Origin: Mucilaginibacter sp.
GTDB lineage: Bacteria; Bacteroidota; Bacteroidia; Sphingobacteriales; Sphingobacteriaceae
DNA: 59,365 bases
NCBI GenBank assembly: GCA_016763755.1
Contig: JAESTD010000086.1
Span: 1 to 59,365, forward strand
Direction of reading: 5' to 3'
Shown here: piece after piece, positions 29,582 to 38,829 of the stretch
Layout of the letters: each line of letters opens with the position of its first letter
Position numbering within the stretch: position 1 is the stretch's first letter
Notes under the pieces: model-generated
Database searches by the model: none
The model's input: only the letters and a program-made list of their open reading frames with translations
What the model was told of the DNA's origin: nothing
Position numbers and translations under genes: made by a program

Positions 29582-29970
29582 GGGTAGCCCCTATGGAGCA
29601 AAGAGGGGTTCATCGTGTTATTCTACAAAGCGGTTGTCCCTATGGGACACGGACAAGGTGGTAAATTGCGAATGGATTTGAAGCAATCGTTGGGTTGTCC
29701 CCAAGGGACAAAAGAAACTTTATTTGTTCGTTTCTACAAAGCGGTTGTCCCTACGGGACATAGGGGCAAAGCAAGGTCATTTATTCAGAGCAAGGCAAAC
29801 GATATGCCTCGTTAGAGGCTACCGCTTTGTAGAAAATAGATATTAAGGATTTTTGCTCCGTAGGAGCTACACCACAAATTCTTTTATGCAAATAGGGCAG
29901 CTTGCCTCTTTAGAGGCTACCGCTTTGTAGGAAATAGATATTAAGGATTTTTGCTCCGTAGGAGCTACCC
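29582..29970. repeat. REP array (family D): four REP-doublet units, two per strand
   Basis: Units at 29582-29649 (+), 29692-29760 (+), 29805-29870 (-), 29903-29970 (-). Each is GT[A/T]G-hairpin, spacer, CTACAAAGCG, GT[A/T]G-hairpin. Confidence 0.85.
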
Positions 29971-29988
29971 TAACTTTGATAAGCTAAA

Positions 29989-30450
29989 TCAGGAAGGTTG
30001 TTTAAAAATATAGCGCTCATCAAACTGCACGTCAAAACTCTCAAGTAATTTTACATACTCTTCCAAAAACGTGATCTTTTTATGATGCTCCTGCTGATTA
30101 TTTATGTACTTAACAACCTGGTCTATCTGCGATTTGCTATAGCTGAATGCACCATATCCTTCCTGCCATTGGAATTTAAATGGCGTCAACCTCTCTTTAT
30201 TTATCCATTCTGACGAATCACCTTTAACCAATCGCATCAGATCAGAAAGCGACTGTGATGGGTTAAGCCCAACAAACATGTGCACATGATCTGGCATGTG
30301 GTTAATGCAAAGCATTTTGTGACCGTTATTTTGAACCGTTGCACTAATATACAACCGTACACGCTCCGCCCAGGCATCACTTAACAATGCATTGCGGTTT
30401 TTAACCGCAAATACTATGTGGATATACAATTGAGAATACGTGTTGCCCAT
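29989..30450 (-). mobile_element. tnpA: IS200/IS605-family Y1 HUH transposase, REP-associated (RAYT-like), no tnpB
   Basis: 153 aa; HIVFAVK, DHVH (HUH), WQEGYGAFS, catalytic YINNQ; REP array directly downstream. Confidence 0.9.
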
Positions 30451-30455
30451 AAAGT

Positions 30456-31373
30456 CTACAACCTCACACCACGTAAAAACTCCTCAATACCCATGCGTTT
30501 TTTGCCTTCTAACTGGACATCGGTTACACTTATAAAACCATCTTTGGTGGCAAATTTAAGCGTGGTTTTGTGGTTGGTGACAAAGCCACCTGCCGATATG
30601 CCTGTTTCACCTTGTTCAAAAGTGGCGTTGTAGATCTTTAATACCTTATCGTTTAGCATGGTATACGCAACCGGCGATGGGCTTAAGCCGCGGATATGGT
30701 TGTAAACCTGCTCTGCCGGTCGGTTAAAATCTATATGGCAATCGTCTTTAAAAATCTTAGGGGCATGCTTTAACGATATACCTTCGGCTAATTGTTCTTG
30801 CGGATGTTCGTTGTATTTACCGCTTTCAACGGCTTTAACAGTTTTTACCAGCAAGCCTGCGCCTTTGGCCATAAGGCGGTCGTGCAGGTCGCCTGCGGTT
30901 TCGCTGCCGGTAAGGGTAACTTTTTCGGTGAACAATACGTCACCGGTATCTATCTCATGTTTCAGAAAAAAGGTAGTAACGCCGGTTTCTTTCTCGCCGT
31001 TTATGATGGCCCAATTAATAGGGGCCGCGCCACGGTATTGCGGGAGTAGCGAGGCATGCAGATTTATGGTGCCCTTCGGCGGCATGTTCCAAACCATTTC
31101 TGGTAACATCCTAAAGGCCACTACCACTTGCAGGTCGGCTTTTAGTGCTTTCAATTCGGTAATAAATTCGGCGCTTTTCAACTTCTCGGGCTGCAACACT
31201 TTTAACCCATTGGCTACGGCGTATTGTTTTACGGCAGATTCACTTACCTTTTGTCCGCGACCGGCAGGTTTATCGGGTGCGGTAACCACACCAACCACAT
31301 CACATCCGGCGGTAATTAAAGCGTCTAACGAAGCAACAGCAAAGGTAGGGGTGCCCATAAAAACAATTCTCAT
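30456..31373 (-). CDS. fmt: Methionyl-tRNA formyltransferase
   Basis: MRIVFMGTP, PDKPAGRG, NLHASLLPQYRGAAPINW. Confidence 0.97.
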   Translation of the reverse strand: MRIVFMGTPTFAVASLDALITAGCDVVGVVTAPDKPAGRGQKVSESAVKQYAVANGLKVLQPEKLKSAEFITELKALKADLQVVVAFRMLPEMVWNMPPKGTINLHASLLPQYRGAAPINWAIINGEKETGVTTFFLKHEIDTGDVLFTEKVTLTGSETAGDLHDRLMAKGAGLLVKTVKAVESGKYNEHPQEQLAEGISLKHAPKIFKDDCHIDFNRPAEQVYNHIRGLSPSPVAYTMLNDKVLKIYNATFEQGETGISAGGFVTNHKTTLKFATKDGFISVTDVQLEGKKRMGIEEFLRGVRL

Positions 31374-31399
31374 AGTACAGAAGATGTTAAATGTATGCG

Positions 31400-32650
31400 T
31401 TAATTGTATAACAAATATTTACTCCGGGTGGCCTTAAACTTGGTTAAGCCCGGCTCCCAGCTTTGGCGGATCTCCGCTTCGGTTTTACCCGCCGTTATCT
31501 GCTTGCGCAACTCTGCATTACCAGCCAGCCTGTTAAAGTAAGCGGTAAAAAAGTGCTCCTTATCCGGGTAAATTTTGTACACCTTAATTAACCATGCCAA
31601 ATTAAGTTTTCCGCTGCTGCGGATGGTTTGCATATTGAAATTTTTCAGGTCGATGCCGTAGCAAACGGTATCTTTAAGCGGAGGGTTATCGCTCATGCCG
31701 GGGATACTCACCGGCTTAAATGAAAATTCATAGTTATCCTTCAGTTTAGGACTGCCAATTACCTGAAACGGAAACAGAGTACCGCGACCTAAACTCAGCT
31801 TGCTGCCCTCAAAAAAGCAAATGTGCGGGTACAGTAATATCGACTGCTGCGTATTCAAATTTGGCGATGGATTAACTGGTAAGGTATAATCCATGTTACG
31901 GTTGTAATTGCCGACTTTGACCAACTTAAGCTTGCATTTAACTTTGTTTTTTAACCAGCCTTCGCCGTTTATCATCTGGGCGTATTCGGCAATGGTCATG
32001 CCGTGCAGGATGGGGATGGGATGCATCCCTACAAATGAGCGGAAACCGGCAGTATCCAAAATAGGGCCATCTACATAAACGCCGTTGGGGTTTGGCCGGT
32101 CTAAAACCATCAGTTCAATGTTATTTTCGGCACAGGCTTCCATCACATAATGCAGGGTGGAGATATAGGTGTAAAAACGTGTGCCTACATCCTGCACGTC
32201 AAATATCATCAGATCGATACCACTTAGGTCTTCCTTGGTAGGTTTAAAATGCTTTCCATATAAAGATATAGCAGGCAGACCGGTAACAGGATCTTTAGTA
32301 GTATTTACCGTTGCACCATCGCTGGCGTTTCCCCTAAAGCCATGCTCGGGGCCAAAGATCTTTTTAACATCAACACCCAATTTAAGCAGGCTATCTACCA
32401 ACGGTTTCTTATCGTTGCCAATGATTGATGTCTGGTTAATGAGCATGCCCACTTTCCGCCCTTTTAAATAGGGCAGATAAAGTTCGGTGCGCTCTGCAGC
32501 GGGTAGTATAGGATTGGTTACCTGCTTAATACTGACGTTTTTTTTTGTGCCGGTATCGGTTTTATCCTTTTTTACCTGCGCAAAATTATCACAACTGCAA
32601 GTGAGTATGGCCGCAGTTAACAGAACTGAATATATTTTTATGCTTTTCAT
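31400..32650 (-). CDS. namZ: Exo-beta-N-acetylmuramidase NamZ (DUF1343) family lipoprotein
   Basis: FGPEHGFRG, DVQDVGTRFYTY, LDRPNP, HGMTIAE, SPNL, GRGT. Confidence 0.88.
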   Translation of the reverse strand: MKSIKIYSVLLTAAILTCSCDNFAQVKKDKTDTGTKKNVSIKQVTNPILPAAERTELYLPYLKGRKVGMLINQTSIIGNDKKPLVDSLLKLGVDVKKIFGPEHGFRGNASDGATVNTTKDPVTGLPAISLYGKHFKPTKEDLSGIDLMIFDVQDVGTRFYTYISTLHYVMEACAENNIELMVLDRPNPNGVYVDGPILDTAGFRSFVGMHPIPILHGMTIAEYAQMINGEGWLKNKVKCKLKLVKVGNYNRNMDYTLPVNPSPNLNTQQSILLYPHICFFEGSKLSLGRGTLFPFQVIGSPKLKDNYEFSFKPVSIPGMSDNPPLKDTVCYGIDLKNFNMQTIRSSGKLNLAWLIKVYKIYPDKEHFFTAYFNRLAGNAELRKQITAGKTEAEIRQSWEPGLTKFKATRSKYLLYN

Positions 32651-32730
32651 AGGTGTTTTTTAAAGCAAATTTTATGGCAGTATGTTACATGTAAAAATGC
32701 ATCTTTGCTAAGGTACAAAAACATTCTGCA

Positions 32731-33951
32731 TTGGATTTCGCCTCGTTTATATCAAGCCGTATAACATTTAAAAGTAAGCGTACATTCTCAAAGCTTATTG
32801 TGCGCATAGCCATTATTGGTATTATGCTGGGCTTGGGTGTTATGATACTTTCTATAGTGGTTATACGTGGGTTTAAACAAGAGATACGCGAAAAGGTTAG
32901 GGGCTTTGCAGGAGATATGCAGGTAGTGAAAACGGATAACAACGTTTCATACGAGCGATCGGCCTTTGTGGATAGCCCGGTTTACGTAAAAAACATCCGC
33001 TCGGTAAGCCTCGTAAATGATCTGCATCCTTACGCCACAAAGCCGGGCATAATTAAAGCGAATAACGAGATAGAGGGTGTTATCCTGAAAGGGGTTGATA
33101 GTACCTACAACTGGGGCTTTCTGAAAAAAAATCTCGTTGCCGGCAAGGTGATAAACTTTGCAGATTCAGCCGAGGCCATGAAGCAGATCATGATCTCGCA
33201 AACCACCGCCAACCGCCTTAAACTAAAAGCAGGCGACGACCTGTGGATGTATTTTGTGCAGGAACCCGTGCGTAAGCGCAAACTGAAAATTGTAGGCGTT
33301 TTTGATATCGGGGTTGAAGAGGCAGGCAAAACCTTTGTAATTGGCGACCTTAACCTGGTGCGCCGCCTTAATAACTGGACAAACAGCGAAATCAACGGCT
33401 ACGAAGTCAGGGCAAAGAATTTTAGCGACATTGCCGCCGCCGCCGAGGCAATTGACAACCGCATCCCGATCACGCTAAAATCATATACCGTACTGGATAA
33501 CTATCCAACCATATTTGAATGGTTAAATATGCTTGACGTTAACATAGCCGTGATGCTGGTTTTAATGGTGGCTGTAGCGGTTATCAATATGATATCGGCC
33601 TTGCTGATAATGATACTGGAGCGCACTTCCATGATAGGGATGTTTAAAGCGATGGGAGCAGGCAACTGGCTTATACAAAAAGTATTTTTATATAATGCCG
33701 CCTGGCTAATTGGCCTCGGGCTGATATTAGGCAATGCTTTAGGATTAGGGCTGGCTTTTTTTCAGGAAAGCACTCATTTTTTTAAACTCGACCAGGCATC
33801 TTATTACATGACGTTTGTACCGATACAGATCAGATGGATGGATGTGTTTTTGCTTAACGCGGGCACGCTGGTTATTTGTTTGCTGGTACTTATTATTCCA
33901 TCAATGCTGGTTACCCGTATTACGCCGGTTAGAGCTATCCGGTTTAAATAG
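32731..33951 (+). CDS. FtsX/LolC-LolE family ABC permease
   Basis: 406 aa, 4-TM MacB-like topology; ILERTSMIGMFKAMGA; TTG start. Confidence 0.88.
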   Translation: MDFASFISSRITFKSKRTFSKLIVRIAIIGIMLGLGVMILSIVVIRGFKQEIREKVRGFAGDMQVVKTDNNVSYERSAFVDSPVYVKNIRSVSLVNDLHPYATKPGIIKANNEIEGVILKGVDSTYNWGFLKKNLVAGKVINFADSAEAMKQIMISQTTANRLKLKAGDDLWMYFVQEPVRKRKLKIVGVFDIGVEEAGKTFVIGDLNLVRRLNNWTNSEINGYEVRAKNFSDIAAAAEAIDNRIPITLKSYTVLDNYPTIFEWLNMLDVNIAVMLVLMVAVAVINMISALLIMILERTSMIGMFKAMGAGNWLIQKVFLYNAAWLIGLGLILGNALGLGLAFFQESTHFFKLDQASYYMTFVPIQIRWMDVFLLNAGTLVICLLVLIIPSMLVTRITPVRAIRFK

Positions 33952-33953
33952 CA

Positions 33954-33975
33954 AAAGCCCGGATGGCCGGGCTTT
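33954..33975. terminator. Bidirectional terminator
   Basis: AAAGCCCGG-ATGG-CCGGGCTTT between convergent genes. Confidence 0.75.
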
Positions 33976-33999
33976 CAAAATCTCGTCTAAAATTACACA

Positions 34000-35397
34000 T
34001 TATCTCTTGCCGCCCTTAAAGCTGAATTTAAGGTTAACACCGCCCGACCCGAAACGGATATCCTGCGCACCTAAACCCCCAAGGGGGTATTTAACAAACG
34101 GCTCAACTATAAGCCTATTATTACCTACCGGATAACCAATACCAAACGACACGTTTAACATTTTGCCGAAGTAGAAATTATTGCTGCTGTGTGCAGTTTC
34201 ATTATGATCTTCGCTTGCGGCGGCGCTGTTAGCTACTGTACCATTGCTGTAAGTGTATTTGTAAGTGTAACTTTCATCAAAGAAGGTCCCGGAACTTAAA
34301 CCGGCAGATATGAATGCATCCGTCTTATCGGGATTAAACTCATACTTTAAGTTTACCGGCACATCAATACCCAACATGCTCACATTGTAATTTCTAAATA
34401 CCGGCAGGGCCGCAGACATAGCAAATAAGCCTTCCTGGTTTAATACACGCGCCTTAGACGCTAAGGCAAATGCAGATTGCGGAGCAGCAGCGGCCGAACC
34501 ATAGTTAAGGGAGTTTTGCGCCAGCGCCACACCCGTTGAAAGTTTAAGCTTTTTACTCAATCTGAAATCAGACGAAACCCCGGCACCCGCATTCATCTGG
34601 TTGCTGCTGCCTTCAGAGTAATTGAAATACGTTGTGGCGTAAACAGCAAAGGTCACCTTTTTATCGCCTTGCTTGTTACCTAAATTCCTCTGGGCGGCCT
34701 TATTCTTTTTTTCCTGCTCAAACATATCCATGATAGTGGTTTGTTTAGGCTTTTGGGTAGCTGTTGCGGCTATTGCGTTTTGCTGCGATTGTACTATGGG
34801 CGAGTTTTCTGCAGGCTTAACAGACTGAGCCAACTGTGGCTGCTGAACAACAGGATCAATATTTTTTGCACTATCAACGGCCGTAGTAACCACGGATGCG
34901 GCAGGCGTACTGTTTGTTTGCGCGATGGCTGTACTATTTTCGGTTTTGGCAACCTCTGCAGGTTGTTGTATCACAGATGAATTTACTGCAGCCGTGTTAG
35001 GGCGATAAGTGTTGCGTGGCGATACCCCAAGCGATTGCACATAAGGGCTTACGTACGATGGTTTAACATTCACGGGCTCAGTTTTGGCTATGACAGGTTG
35101 CTGAGCGATTGTTGGATTTTTAATTACGGAATCTTTAACTGGTTTTTTAACCACGGGTTTTACAGCATAGTTGTTTTGCGTGCTATCGGTACCGTTATAC
35201 CATAGACCTATGCCCAGCATCACTAAAATAATTGCAGCAGCACTGCTCCACCAAAGCCAGGCAACTTTATTGTGCTTTTCTTCGGCAGGGAATTTTTTTC
35301 TTAATTCGGCCCAGCCATGCTCTGCAGGTGGGTATTCATAATTATCGAATACTTCCCTGATGCGGTTGCTTAGCTTGTTATCAAACTGATCATCCAT
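34000..35397 (-). CDS. Putative dual-membrane-spanning anti-sigma factor (anti-sigma domain, TM, disordered linker, OM beta-barrel)
   Basis: Overlaps the ECF sigma stop. N-terminus REVFDNYEYPPAEHGWAELRKK, TM at ~aa 46-68, P/Q/S/T/A-rich linker, C-terminal alternating beta strands ending GGVNLKFSF. Confidence 0.75.
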   Translation of the reverse strand: MDDQFDNKLSNRIREVFDNYEYPPAEHGWAELRKKFPAEEKHNKVAWLWWSSAAAIILVMLGIGLWYNGTDSTQNNYAVKPVVKKPVKDSVIKNPTIAQQPVIAKTEPVNVKPSYVSPYVQSLGVSPRNTYRPNTAAVNSSVIQQPAEVAKTENSTAIAQTNSTPAASVVTTAVDSAKNIDPVVQQPQLAQSVKPAENSPIVQSQQNAIAATATQKPKQTTIMDMFEQEKKNKAAQRNLGNKQGDKKVTFAVYATTYFNYSEGSSNQMNAGAGVSSDFRLSKKLKLSTGVALAQNSLNYGSAAAAPQSAFALASKARVLNQEGLFAMSAALPVFRNYNVSMLGIDVPVNLKYEFNPDKTDAFISAGLSSGTFFDESYTYKYTYSNGTVANSAAASEDHNETAHSSNNFYFGKMLNVSFGIGYPVGNNRLIVEPFVKYPLGGLGAQDIRFGSGGVNLKFSFKGGKR

Positions 35398-35944
35398 GGT
35401 TTCGTGATTCGATTGTTATAAGATGTCTGAGCTTTTCTTTTGCCCGGCTCAAATAAACCCTTGATGAACTTGCAGGCAGGTTTAAGATCTGCCCTATCTC
35501 ATCATGGTTATAGCCATCTATTTCGTACATATTAAAAATTGTAAGCTGTATCTGCGGCAATTGCTTCATCAGCTTTAAAATATCCTGTGCATTTAAAGTG
35601 TCTACGGCGCTTGCATCACTGCCAACATGGTAAGCATCCTCAATATCTGTATTGGCCTGGTGCTTAAGTTCTTTACGCCTTCTGTCGATAGCCGTGTTTA
35701 CCACAATGGTGCGTAACCAAGCCTTAAATGGCTTATCTGTATTGTAGCTCTTTATGTTGTTGAATACCTTTATAAAAGCGTCGTTCACAACTTCAAGCGC
35801 GTCATCCTCGTTAAGGCTATAACGCATACTTACACCCATGGCATACCCATAGAACTGCTTGTATAACAGTTCCTGGTGTTTAATACTGCCTGATTTACAT
35901 TTACTGATTATTTGATCTTCAGTAATGCGGTGAAGTAGATGCAT
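35390..35944 (-). CDS. ECF RNA polymerase sigma factor
   Basis: DALEVVNDAFIKVF, FKAWLRTIVVNTAID (region 2); GYNHDEIG..SSSRVYLSRAK (region 4). Confidence 0.95.
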   Translation of the reverse strand: MHLLHRITEDQIISKCKSGSIKHQELLYKQFYGYAMGVSMRYSLNEDDALEVVNDAFIKVFNNIKSYNTDKPFKAWLRTIVVNTAIDRRRKELKHQANTDIEDAYHVGSDASAVDTLNAQDILKLMKQLPQIQLTIFNMYEIDGYNHDEIGQILNLPASSSRVYLSRAKEKLRHLITIESRNHG

Positions 35945-35977
35945 TTAATTGTAACACTGCTTAGTCGACTATATACC

Positions 35978-36006
35978 TTACGCCCCCGATACCAAAACGT
36001 TACAGC
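35978..36006 (-). promoter_or_regulatory. Candidate autoregulatory ECF promoter GCTGTAAC-N16-CGTAA
   Basis: Reverse strand reads gctgtaacgttttggtatcgggggcgtaa, 33 nt before the sigma ATG. Confidence 0.65.
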
Positions 36007-36068
36007 CACTTCAAAATATTTATCGCAACCGCAGTTTATATGTGCGCCATCAAATTATCCGGGTTTTA

Positions 36069-36527
36069 TTAATTAACCTTTTTCAGGTCGTACTCAAACG
36101 CTACAGTATCGCCAACCACTGTCTTCATTTGAAATACAATACCATTGTAAACAAAGTAATAACTGCCGTTTAAATGCGCTTTGCCATTAATAACGGGTGC
36201 ATTTTTTTGAGCGTTAGCGGTTGATAAAGTGTTATCAGCAAAGCCGATCCCCAACCCGTTGATGCCGTAGATACCTTTACTGCCTGCATGTATGGTAGCT
36301 GTATCGCCGGTGATAGAGTAAGAGGCGTTTGATTCGGTAAGCGTTAATTTGATATTTGCCTTCACCGTATCAATCGTATTTTTATTTGCCTTTTTGCTTA
36401 TCAGCCTAAACTCGCCGGTAAAAATTCCTTCCGGATTAGGATTAGTTGGGTTATTGTTCCCTTTAAGGCATCCGGCACTTAATGCTGCAACCAATAAAAC
36501 AGGGAGCAGATATCTTAATCGTTTCAT
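36069..36527 (-). CDS. Hypothetical lipoprotein
   Basis: Lipobox LSAGC; beta-rich 152 aa. Confidence 0.75.
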   Translation of the reverse strand: MKRLRYLLPVLLVAALSAGCLKGNNNPTNPNPEGIFTGEFRLISKKANKNTIDTVKANIKLTLTESNASYSITGDTATIHAGSKGIYGINGLGIGFADNTLSTANAQKNAPVINGKAHLNGSYYFVYNGIVFQMKTVVGDTVAFEYDLKKVN

Positions 36528-36549
36528 ATAAATCGGGTTACAAATTGGT

Positions 36550-36579
36550 TTACGTTACAAACTTTTAAAACGCTACAGC
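36550..36579 (-). promoter_or_regulatory. Candidate ECF promoter GCTGTAGC-N17-CGTAA
   Basis: Reverse strand reads gctgtagcgttttaaaagtttgtaacgtaa; shares GCTGTARCGTTTT with the sigma promoter. Confidence 0.62.
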
Positions 36580-36593
36580 TTCCAAATAAATGT

Positions 36594-37397
36594 TTAAACT
36601 TTTTTGGCTTCTTCCCAAAAAACGTCCATTTCGGCTAAGTTCATGTCGTGCAGGTTTTTACCATTCTCTTTCGCTTTTTGTTCAAGGTACTGAAAACGTT
36701 TGATGAACTTGCGGTTTGTTTTTTCAAGTGCATCCTCGGGATTGATGTCGATAAAGCGGGCATAGTTAATAAGCGAGAACAACAGATCGCCAAATTCGCC
36801 TTCGGCCTTTTCTTTATCGATGGCAGTTTCATCGGCGGTGTTAAATTCATCTTTAAACTCCTGCAGTTCTTCTTCAACCTTGGCCCAAACCTGGTCTTTG
36901 TTCTCCCAGTCAAAGCCCACGCCACGTGCTTTTTCCTGTATGCGCGATGCCTTTACCAAAGCAGGTAATGATGCAGGGACACCGCCCAGTACCGATTTAT
37001 TACCCTCTTTCAGTTTTATCTGTTCCCAATTGCGCTTAACGTCGGCCTCATCATTAACATGGGTATCGCTGTAAATGTGGGGATGTCGGTTAATGAGCTT
37101 ATCGCAGATGCTGTTGAGTACATCGGTAACATTAAAATCGCTGGTCTCAGATGCTATGCGCGAGTAAAATACCAGGTGCAGCATAATGTCGCCCAGTTCT
37201 TTCTTTATCTCGTTCATGTCGCCGCTTAAGATGGCATCAGATAACTCGTATGTTTCTTCGATAGTAAGATGGCGCAGGCTCTCGAGGGTTTGTTTTTTAT
37301 CCCAAGGACAGTTAGTGCGCAGGTCGTCCATTATGGTAAGCAACCGCTCGAAAGCGCCGCTTGGGTTATTTGATGCAACAGGTGCTGTTAAAGCCAT
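36594..37397 (-). CDS. mazG: Nucleoside triphosphate pyrophosphohydrolase MazG
   Basis: LRTNCPWDKKQT, EETYE, ELGD, RHPHIY, second EFGDLLF domain. Confidence 0.95.
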   Translation of the reverse strand: MALTAPVASNNPSGAFERLLTIMDDLRTNCPWDKKQTLESLRHLTIEETYELSDAILSGDMNEIKKELGDIMLHLVFYSRIASETSDFNVTDVLNSICDKLINRHPHIYSDTHVNDEADVKRNWEQIKLKEGNKSVLGGVPASLPALVKASRIQEKARGVGFDWENKDQVWAKVEEELQEFKDEFNTADETAIDKEKAEGEFGDLLFSLINYARFIDINPEDALEKTNRKFIKRFQYLEQKAKENGKNLHDMNLAEMDVFWEEAKKV

Positions 37398-37420
37398 ATT
37401 GTTTTGTGTTTATAACAAAG

Positions 37421-37587
37421 GTAGTGGTTAGTTTGCAGTTATTAGTTTGCAGTTTGCAGGTGGCACTTAGATATAAAAATATAACGAAGGAAATTTGCAA
37501 AACATTAAGGATTTGTTTGTTAGAAGGGGGTGCTGCAAACTGCCAGTGTCTACCGCAAACCAAATAATAACTGCTAACTATAAACCG
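37421..37587. repeat. Mirrored 7-nt tandem repeats (GTTTGCA)n ... (TGCAAAC)n
   Basis: ttagtttgcagttattagtttgcagtttgcag ... ctgcaaactgcc..ccgcaaac..aataactgctaactataaac. Confidence 0.65.
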
Positions 37588-37588
37588 C

Positions 37589-38287
37589 TTATTGCAAGCT
37601 CGCGATAGCGCGGAGCATCTCGCGTTTGCCGGGTGCTCCGGGTGCTTTCTCAACTTTTAAGCCGAGGGCTTTTATACTTCGTTTTAAATTACCCGTGATG
37701 GCGTAGGTAACAAATACGCCACCCGGTTTTAAAAACTGCAGGGTATGCGCTATGGCGGCATCATCCCACATCTCGGGTTGATGGATGGCAGCAAAAGCAT
37801 CAAAATAGATAACGTCGAACTGCTTATCTGCGCTAAAATCCAGTAATGGGGTTACTGCAATATCGAGTTCTATATTTTCATCCAGATCAACCGGAGTGTT
37901 TAATGCTGAGGGATATTTATTGACGAAATTTTGCCAGGTCGTATCGCCCACAAAGGCGTCGTAACCCGTTTCGGCTATCATATTTTCGTTAAGAGGGTAG
38001 GCTTCAATACCTGTGTACTCGAGTTTGATATGTTGTTCGTTACAATAATCAGCAGTTAACAGGAAGTTAAGTCCAGTGCCAAATCCGACTTCTAAAACAG
38101 AAACTTTATCTGCAGGATGATGCTCAAGAAAGTATTGCAGTCCCGATTTAAGAAAAACGTGTTTGCTTTCTTGTAACGCACCATGTTTTGAATGGTAGTT
38201 CTCGCCGACTAACGCATTGAAAATGGTTTTGGAACCGTCGGCAGTGGTAACTATGCTGAGGTGATTGTTCTCTGTATCATTGTTCAT
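37589..38287 (-). CDS. mnmD: tRNA mnm5s2U34 methyltransferase (MnmC N-terminal domain)
   Basis: TADGSKT, YHSKHGALQES.HVF, LEVGFGTGLN, YFDAF, PGAPGKREM. Confidence 0.9.
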   Translation of the reverse strand: MNNDTENNHLSIVTTADGSKTIFNALVGENYHSKHGALQESKHVFLKSGLQYFLEHHPADKVSVLEVGFGTGLNFLLTADYCNEQHIKLEYTGIEAYPLNENMIAETGYDAFVGDTTWQNFVNKYPSALNTPVDLDENIELDIAVTPLLDFSADKQFDVIYFDAFAAIHQPEMWDDAAIAHTLQFLKPGGVFVTYAITGNLKRSIKALGLKVEKAPGAPGKREMLRAIASLQ

Positions 38288-38446
38288 TAATGCAAACAAA
38301 CAAAGATTTTTTTGAACCTTAATAAAAGTATTAAAGGAAGGGCTTGATTTATTGCGGTTTTGTTATGCTGTCCGCCAGTTTGCAAAAGGGCCGAGATGTA
38401 TGAAATTTCCACCTAATCTCTGATCATAAATCTCTAATCACTATCC

Positions 38447-38779
38447 CTACGCCGTCATGGCAATAAGGCGATTAAGATGGGTGCAGTAATCTGCTAATGA
38501 GATAACGCCTTTATCGTAATCTGCAACCAGTGTATTAAGTTGTTGTTCAAGTTTGCTGTGGTCAATACGGCGGTCGTTAATGGCAGCTTTAAGTGCGCGC
38601 ATTTTATGATCTGCTGATTTTTTTTGCAGCATAGGCTGGGTGTCTTTAGCCTGAATCATTATTTTGCTTAATTTCTCTCTGTTCTTTTTATCAAACTGAA
38701 GAATAAAATATACCAGCGTTGAGCCTACTACTAAAAAGTAGAAGAAAATTGCTGTCGGTGTTGTGAATATTTCGTTCAT
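38447..38779 (-). CDS. Hypothetical single-TM protein
   Basis: 110 aa; N-terminal TM; C-terminus YDKGVISLADY (SHOCT-like). Confidence 0.65.
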   Translation of the reverse strand: MNEIFTTPTAIFFYFLVVGSTLVYFILQFDKKNREKLSKIMIQAKDTQPMLQKKSADHKMRALKAAINDRRIDHSKLEQQLNTLVADYDKGVISLADYCTHLNRLIAMTA

Positions 38780-38829
38780 ATAAATTTGCTCTAAATCCAG
38801 TTGTTGTTCCCGTTGTCAGGTTTCAATTA

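Noticed and set aside
29615-29815. 66-aa ORF with repeated FYKAVVP
   Set aside because: It is a translation of the REP units.
29582-29970. CRISPR array (TTTCTAC...GTAG resembles a Cas12a repeat)
   Set aside because: Units lie in both orientations, two share the same spacer, and no cas genes are present. The adjacent Y1 transposase explains them as REPs.
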